DNA from: a bacterium
GTDB lineage: Bacteria; Patescibacteriota; Minisyncoccia; Phycocordibacterales; Zambryskibacteraceae
DNA length: 57,461 bases
Reading direction: 5' to 3'
NCBI GenBank assembly: GCA_023266935.1
Contig: JAHFOF010000003.1
Coordinates: 1 to 57,461, forward strand
The notes under the pieces are model-generated. The model ran no database searches, was not told the DNA's origin, and saw only the letters and a program-made list of their open reading frames with translations. Positions 21,001 through 27,000 of the stretch are shown piece after piece. How positions within the stretch are numbered: position 1 is the stretch's first letter; the number at the start of each line of letters is the position of its first letter. The position numbers were made by a program, and so were the translations under genes.

Positions 21001-24000
21001 ATAACATTGCTTAAACTAAAGGTAATCGCCCCAACACCTACAGTTGTTCTGTGCAAAGAAAGCAATGGGGTTGAACCGTTGCCATTAACGTCCAAAGGAT
21101 AGGCAGGACTTGGAGTACCTATACCTAATCGTGCATTTGTGTTGTCCCAGAAAAACTTGTTGTTATTTTGAGCGAGGATTCCAGAGGTGCTGGCAAACAC
21201 CACTGAACCCAAAGTGAATGTTGTTGAAAGCTTCCCAGAAATATATTGGTTCGTCGTCGTCGCATTTGTACCAGTGGCATTCGTATAAGCAAGATTGGTT
21301 ATGTTGAAATTCGTACCAAAGAGATTGGTAGAGAAGAAGTTGGTGGTTGTAGCTGAAGTACCAGTCGCATTTGTAAATGCAAGCCATGGGAATGTGTTGC
21401 TGATAGTTGTTGATGTAGAAGTAAAGTAATCCGCTTGAACATCTTGATCGAATATTCCTCTACCGGCAACGCTGAGTGATGCATATGGTGAAGTGGTACC
21501 AATACCAACATTGCCTCCTACAATTCTCATTGCTTCTGCCACAGTGTCATTTGAACTGCCAGATACATTTGTATTAAATGCTAAATAGGTTTCAGTATTC
21601 ACTGCTGGATTTGTATAACCAGAAAGAATACGTGCTGTTCTCCCTGCACTAACTCTAAAGCTAATTTCATTTATATCTGTATTGGAAACTCCATTCAAAC
21701 GGATTTGTGAGCCACCTGATTTATAAATTTCCAATAATGTCGACGGGCTCGTTGTTCCGATTCCAACATTTCCACTTGCAGATAAAATGGTAAATTTTTC
21801 TGTGCCGTTTGGACGAATACCAAAATCTCCAGTGGCTCCATTTGTTACCAAACGATTATAATTTCCATTACCTTCAATTAAATCTATTCCTACAGAAGCT
21901 CCCGCATCATTTCTCTTAAATGTAGCGAGGGGGAATCCTGTCCCAGCCACAGACAACATAGTGCTTGGAGATGAGGTTCCGATTCCCACGTTCCCTCCAT
22001 TTATTGGTTGAAGAGTAAGGTCGCCTGTATTCGCAGATAATTCCAAATCACCTCTTCTTCCTGTCGTAACAAAACCACTACCTATTAGGGTGATATCAGC
22101 TTTCGCCACTCCGGCTTGTTTGAAATTAAAGAATCCATACGAGCTTGCTGTTGGGAAATCTATAGCGATATCTTTCGCATCACCATAAACATGAAGTAAC
22201 GATTGTGGAGTGGTTGTTCCAATGCCGACATTTCCATTGGTTCCAATGCGCATTCTCTCCGCCGTATTTGAACCATTGTAATTCCAAAACTGTATTGCTC
22301 GTGCCGTACCATTACCACCAGCAGTCAAAACTAAATCACCCGCATAACCAGCGAACAATTGAGTAGAACCTGCTTGGTTAGCTCCTGAGGTGGTGAACGC
22401 TGCAGAATAATGATCAATCCCCCCGTAGTTTCCATTTGTACCTGATTGTCCGATTAAAAGTTCTGTATAAGCACCGGTGTTTGAAGTGGCATTATAAAGA
22501 TTAATGGCCGTGTTTCCATTTTGGTCCTTTCTTAGATTAAGAATGTCGTCTGGGACCGCAGTGCCTATACCCAATCTATTGTTCCCATTGTCCCAGAAGA
22601 ATTGAGAATTATTTTGAGCAAGTATTCCAGAACTTGTGGCAAACACGACTGAGCCCGCAGTGAACGATGTCGAAAGTTTACCCGAAACATATGTATTCGT
22701 AGTTGTAGAATTTGTACCCGTCGCATTTACAAAAGTGAAATTCTGCAGAGTAGTAGAGCCAGAACCGAGAAGATTCGCAATAGTAGTTAGCCCAGAAGCA
22801 TCAACCTTTAACAAACTTGAAACTATGTTTGTGGAAGTGGTAGTAGAAACATTAAATATATCTATCTGAGAACCGAGTGCCCCAGCAACATCTAATAATG
22901 CAAGAGGTGTAGTGGTCCCTATCCCCACAACTCCATTGTCTATGATTGTTCTAGTATACAGACCTGTCCATCTCCTCCCAGTAACACCTAGACTACGAGC
23001 CAGATCTGAATCTGGATAAAAATTACTTTGAGATTGAACACTCGCACCATTCAAGAACAAAGCGGTTGATCCACCGCTTATCACCGGATAGCCTGTACCC
23101 GCACCGGTGTTCGAAGTATCACCAAGTGTTAAATGATAATTGCTCACTGGATTCACTAATATATCTATCCTATTAGTAGGAGTGATGGTGCCTCCTATAC
23201 CTATAAAGCCAGAATTGTTTATTAAAAAGTTAGTAGCAGTTGAAGAACCAATCACAAACTGATTCGAAGCATTTCCCGCTGTTGGATTCACTGCGAAGGT
23301 GGCAAATGGTGTAGTAGAAGCGATGCCCACATTCCCTGTCCCGAGAAAAGAAGCTACGGGCGTTCCAGAATATTGAATATCAAATCGTCTTGAGGCCACT
23401 CCACCAGTAGTAAAGTTTATAAGCGCTTGAGAAGTGACTGGGTCATAGTTAAGATCTACAAATCTTGAATTATCTCCAGAATGAGCGACTCGCACCCCAC
23501 CAATTGTCGCTGTATCTGCGGTCACAATAGACAATCTGTTTGCTGGGGTCGAAGTAGCTATTCCTACATTGCCATTCATATTCACATTAAAGAGAGGTAT
23601 ATTCGAGGTGTTTGTCACTCTAAAGACATCTGCAAGTTGTCCAGATTGTGCTCGAACATCGAGAGTCGGGACTGTGGTGGTTGAAGATTGATTTTGGATT
23701 AAGGTTGGTTGATTAAAATTAAATTTATCAAGGAGAGAGTCCCAAGCAATAACTGCGTTCGGAGTGACTAACCCACGGAAGAAAATAAGATTCATATTTT
23801 CTGTGTCCGAGGTAGCGTTATCTGTATTTATGGTCCAATCATTATTTGTGGTGCCACTAATGGCAACTGCAGAACCACTTATGGTGTTCACATTTAAAGT
23901 ATCGATGTACGCTGTTTTCCAATAAAGAGAAGCCGAGCCGATGTCTCTGGTAATGTTGGCATCAGGAACAAGATTAGAGTTGATTCGAGCCGTGACTGTG

Positions 24001-27000
24001 AGAGTATCATTTATACCCGTACCCACACTCAAACTTTTGGCCACGGTGACAGCACCAGCGAAGCTTGAGGTATTGTTGTTTGTAACAGTGAGATTTGAAA
24101 GAGAGGTTGTGCCGAGGTTTGAGTTATTGGAGAAAAGATTAGTACTAAATACATTAGAAGATGTGGCTTGAGTAATATTGGCCAATGAGCCAAAGATGTT
24201 TGCACTGAATAGATTGGTGGTGGTAGCAGACGTGCCAGTGGCTTTATTGAAGATTAAATTTGTAAAGTTAAAGTTTCCACCAAAAAGGTTTGTGGCATAA
24301 AAATTCGTGGTCGTAGCTGAAGTGCCTGTTGCATTTACATATACGAGGCTCTGTATGTTCCCAATGGTACTAAATGAATTTGTTGAAAATAGATTAGTAG
24401 TTGTAGCACTAGTACCAGTTGCGTTTATGTATGTCAGGTTTTGTGTATTAGAGATTGTGCTAAATAAATTAGGAGAGTAGAAATTGTTAGTTGAAGTAGC
24501 ATTAGTACTGGTGCCGTTACTGAATTGAAGAGTGGTGAAGTTTCCATTAGCTCCGAAGACATTCACACCATAGAGAGAAGTGGAGGTACCGTTAGTGAAG
24601 TTGGTGGTACCGAGGTTTGAGTTAGTGGAGAAGAGATTAGTGCTAAAGAAATTAGTTGAGGTTCCGTTAGTGGTTGTAGAGAAGTTAACAAATAGTTTTC
24701 CAATGGTAGAACTACCTATGACTTCGGTGTTAGCAAACAGGTTGGTGGTAGAAGCATTGTGTGAAGCGTAGAAATCGGTGGTGGTGGCTGCAACTGCGGT
24801 GAGGTTAGTGGTGTTTGAAATTGTGCTGAAGAGGTTGGTAGCAAACAAACTATTAGTTGAAGTGGCATTGGTAGAGGTGCCGTTGGTGTAGATTAGTGGA
24901 CCGAAGTTTCCATTAGCTCCGAAAACATTAACTCCGTAAATAGAAGTGGTGGTAGCAGCTCCGAGGTTAGAAACATTGGCAAAGAGATTTTGGGTGTAGA
25001 AGGAGTTGGTTGAAGTAGCATTAGTACTGGTGCCGTTACCGAATTGAAGAGTGGTGAAGTTTCCATTAGCTCCGAAGACATTCACACCATAGAGAGAAGT
25101 GGAGGTACCGTTAGTGAAGTTGGTGGTACCGAGGTTTGAGTTAGTGGAGAAGAGATTTTGAGTGAAGAAACTGTTTGTAGAGGTGGCGTTGGTCGAAGTA
25201 GAGTTCCCATTTATATTTAATCCTCCATTGACTGTTAACTGTTGTCCGACTAGAGAACCAGCCACACCAGCGAAATTTCCATAAAGAAGTGAATATGCTT
25301 TATCATTTGCTGTAGAAGTTTGATCAATGTTATTAACATAAAAAGAGTTCGAACCTGTTTCGTACATTCCAGAAGTGAATCCCAAACCAACGTTAGAACT
25401 ACCATGTACGTTGTTGTACAAACTATAATTTCCTACTCCGACGTTGTAGCTCGGGTTTGGAGAAAAACCAAGCGAACCCAAAGCATTGAGACCCAAGGCA
25501 ACGTTATGATCTCCTCTGTTGTTCTGCATGGTCGAGTATCCAAGAGCAACGTTGTAATTCCCAGAATTACTGGACAATGCGCTGTTACCAATAGCTGTGT
25601 TATAGAGGCCACCATATAAAAGGGTGTAATATCCAATACCCACGTTTCCATAATTATCCCCATTTCCAATGTTCCCCATTGAATTTGTACCAATAGCAAT
25701 GTTATTCCCTCTATTGCCTGAAGTAACCGCAGTCCCCAACGCATTATTACCAATAGCGATACTTGGCGCACCACTACCAGAATCATTAATCAAAGCATGA
25801 TAACCAATAGCAGTATTCCATGTATTATTTGTACCTCCTCCCAATCCAACAGTAACTGTGTGAATTAATGCATCTCCATTCACATCCAATTTTGCCCCAG
25901 GAGTTGTAGTCCCTATACCCACTGCTCCCATAAAGGTTGAGGTGGCGGTTGTTGAGGTCGCCGTGAAGTATGAAGAGAGGACGCTGTCTTCTATAATCGC
26001 TTTTCCTGTAACCGAGAGTGGTCTGTATGGAGAAGTGGTGCCTATACCGAAATTTCCGTTATAATCCAATGTGGCCATGTTGAATCCAGATGCCCCTCTA
26101 GAGAAAATCTGAAAGGCACTTTTGAAAGTTGAAGCATCGTGTTCTATTGTTTTGCCTACAAATCCAGCATATTCAAAAAAGTTACTGGCTCCTACTCCAG
26201 TAGTATTTGTTCTAAACGAAACTACACTCCCGTTGTTGTTCGTTGTATCCGGATTTTCAAAAGCGATGTTGGTGAAAGTGCCTGTGCTACTTGCAAAGAT
26301 ATGCAATTTTCTTTGGGGATTATTCGTGCCTATGCCTAAATTATTCGTAGAACTATTCCAAAAAAGTTCTGAATTATTTTGAGAAAGTAGCCCATTCGCA
26401 CCGATAAAAGGAACTGAACCTTGGGTAAGAGAAGTGTATAAATTACCGAGTATTGCGAGGTTTGTTGTGGTGGCATTCGTGGTGGTTGAATTAGTCAAAG
26501 CCAAAGAACCGTTACTGAGGGTCAAATTATCAAAATTGGCTGTATGAGCATAAAAATTTGTCGTGGTAGCAGCAGAGCCCGTGGCGTATCTAAAGGTAAA
26601 ATCTTGAAGAGTAGTTGAGCTGTTCACCAACAAATTTTGTAAATTAGCATTATTCCCAAAAATATTTGTTGAGAAGAAGTTGGTCGAAGTAGCGTTTGTG
26701 GTAGTCGAATCTCCTACTACGGATCCACTGAAAGTGATGTTACCGAAGGTGGCGTTGTTAGCAAAGAAGTTTGTAGTAGTAGCATTGGTAGAAGTTGAAT
26801 TTGTAGAAACTAAGTTCGTTGAATTTAAATTTGTTGTGGTGGCATCCGTGGCTGTCAATGCTCCAACAGAAATATCGTTTGAAATAATCGAATTTATAAC
26901 AGACAAAGTCGCATTAAAATTTTCAGCAAAGAAATTTGTAGTGGTAGCATTTTTGACTAAAATATCCGTCCCATAAATATTTTTCCCCGAAAGGTCTCCG

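Larger units (their letters stand above)
24060..25215 (-). repeat. S/T/N-rich tract 2 (aa ~1114-1498) with ~173-aa super-repeat
   Basis: Recurring NGTSTNATSTN-x-F(Y/F)-x-NLFSTxSN units. It contains the near-identical 148-bp copies listed next. Confidence 0.85.
12640..26350 (-). repeat. array of about 47 degenerate GNVGIGTxxPxxKLxV tail-fibre-like modules (aa ~735-5305)
   Basis: By-eye count on the translation. Examples: NNLGIGTNNPQRKLHIF (first, 26293-26346), TERMRIDNNGNVGIGTTTPASL, GNVGIGVTQPLFDLDVAG (last of the main array, ~12640-12690). Two more copies lie at ~10290-10340 and ~9865-9915. Confidence 0.85.

Noticed and set aside
12640-26350. The periodic repeats as a CRISPR array or as a diversity-generating retroelement target (VR/TR pair).
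   Set aside because: The repeats are degenerate, of variable spacing and in frame within one ORF, so they do not form a CRISPR array. No reverse transcriptase is present. The only near-identical pair (148 bp) differs by a single T/C change, not by the adenine-specific mismatches expected of DGR mutagenesis.
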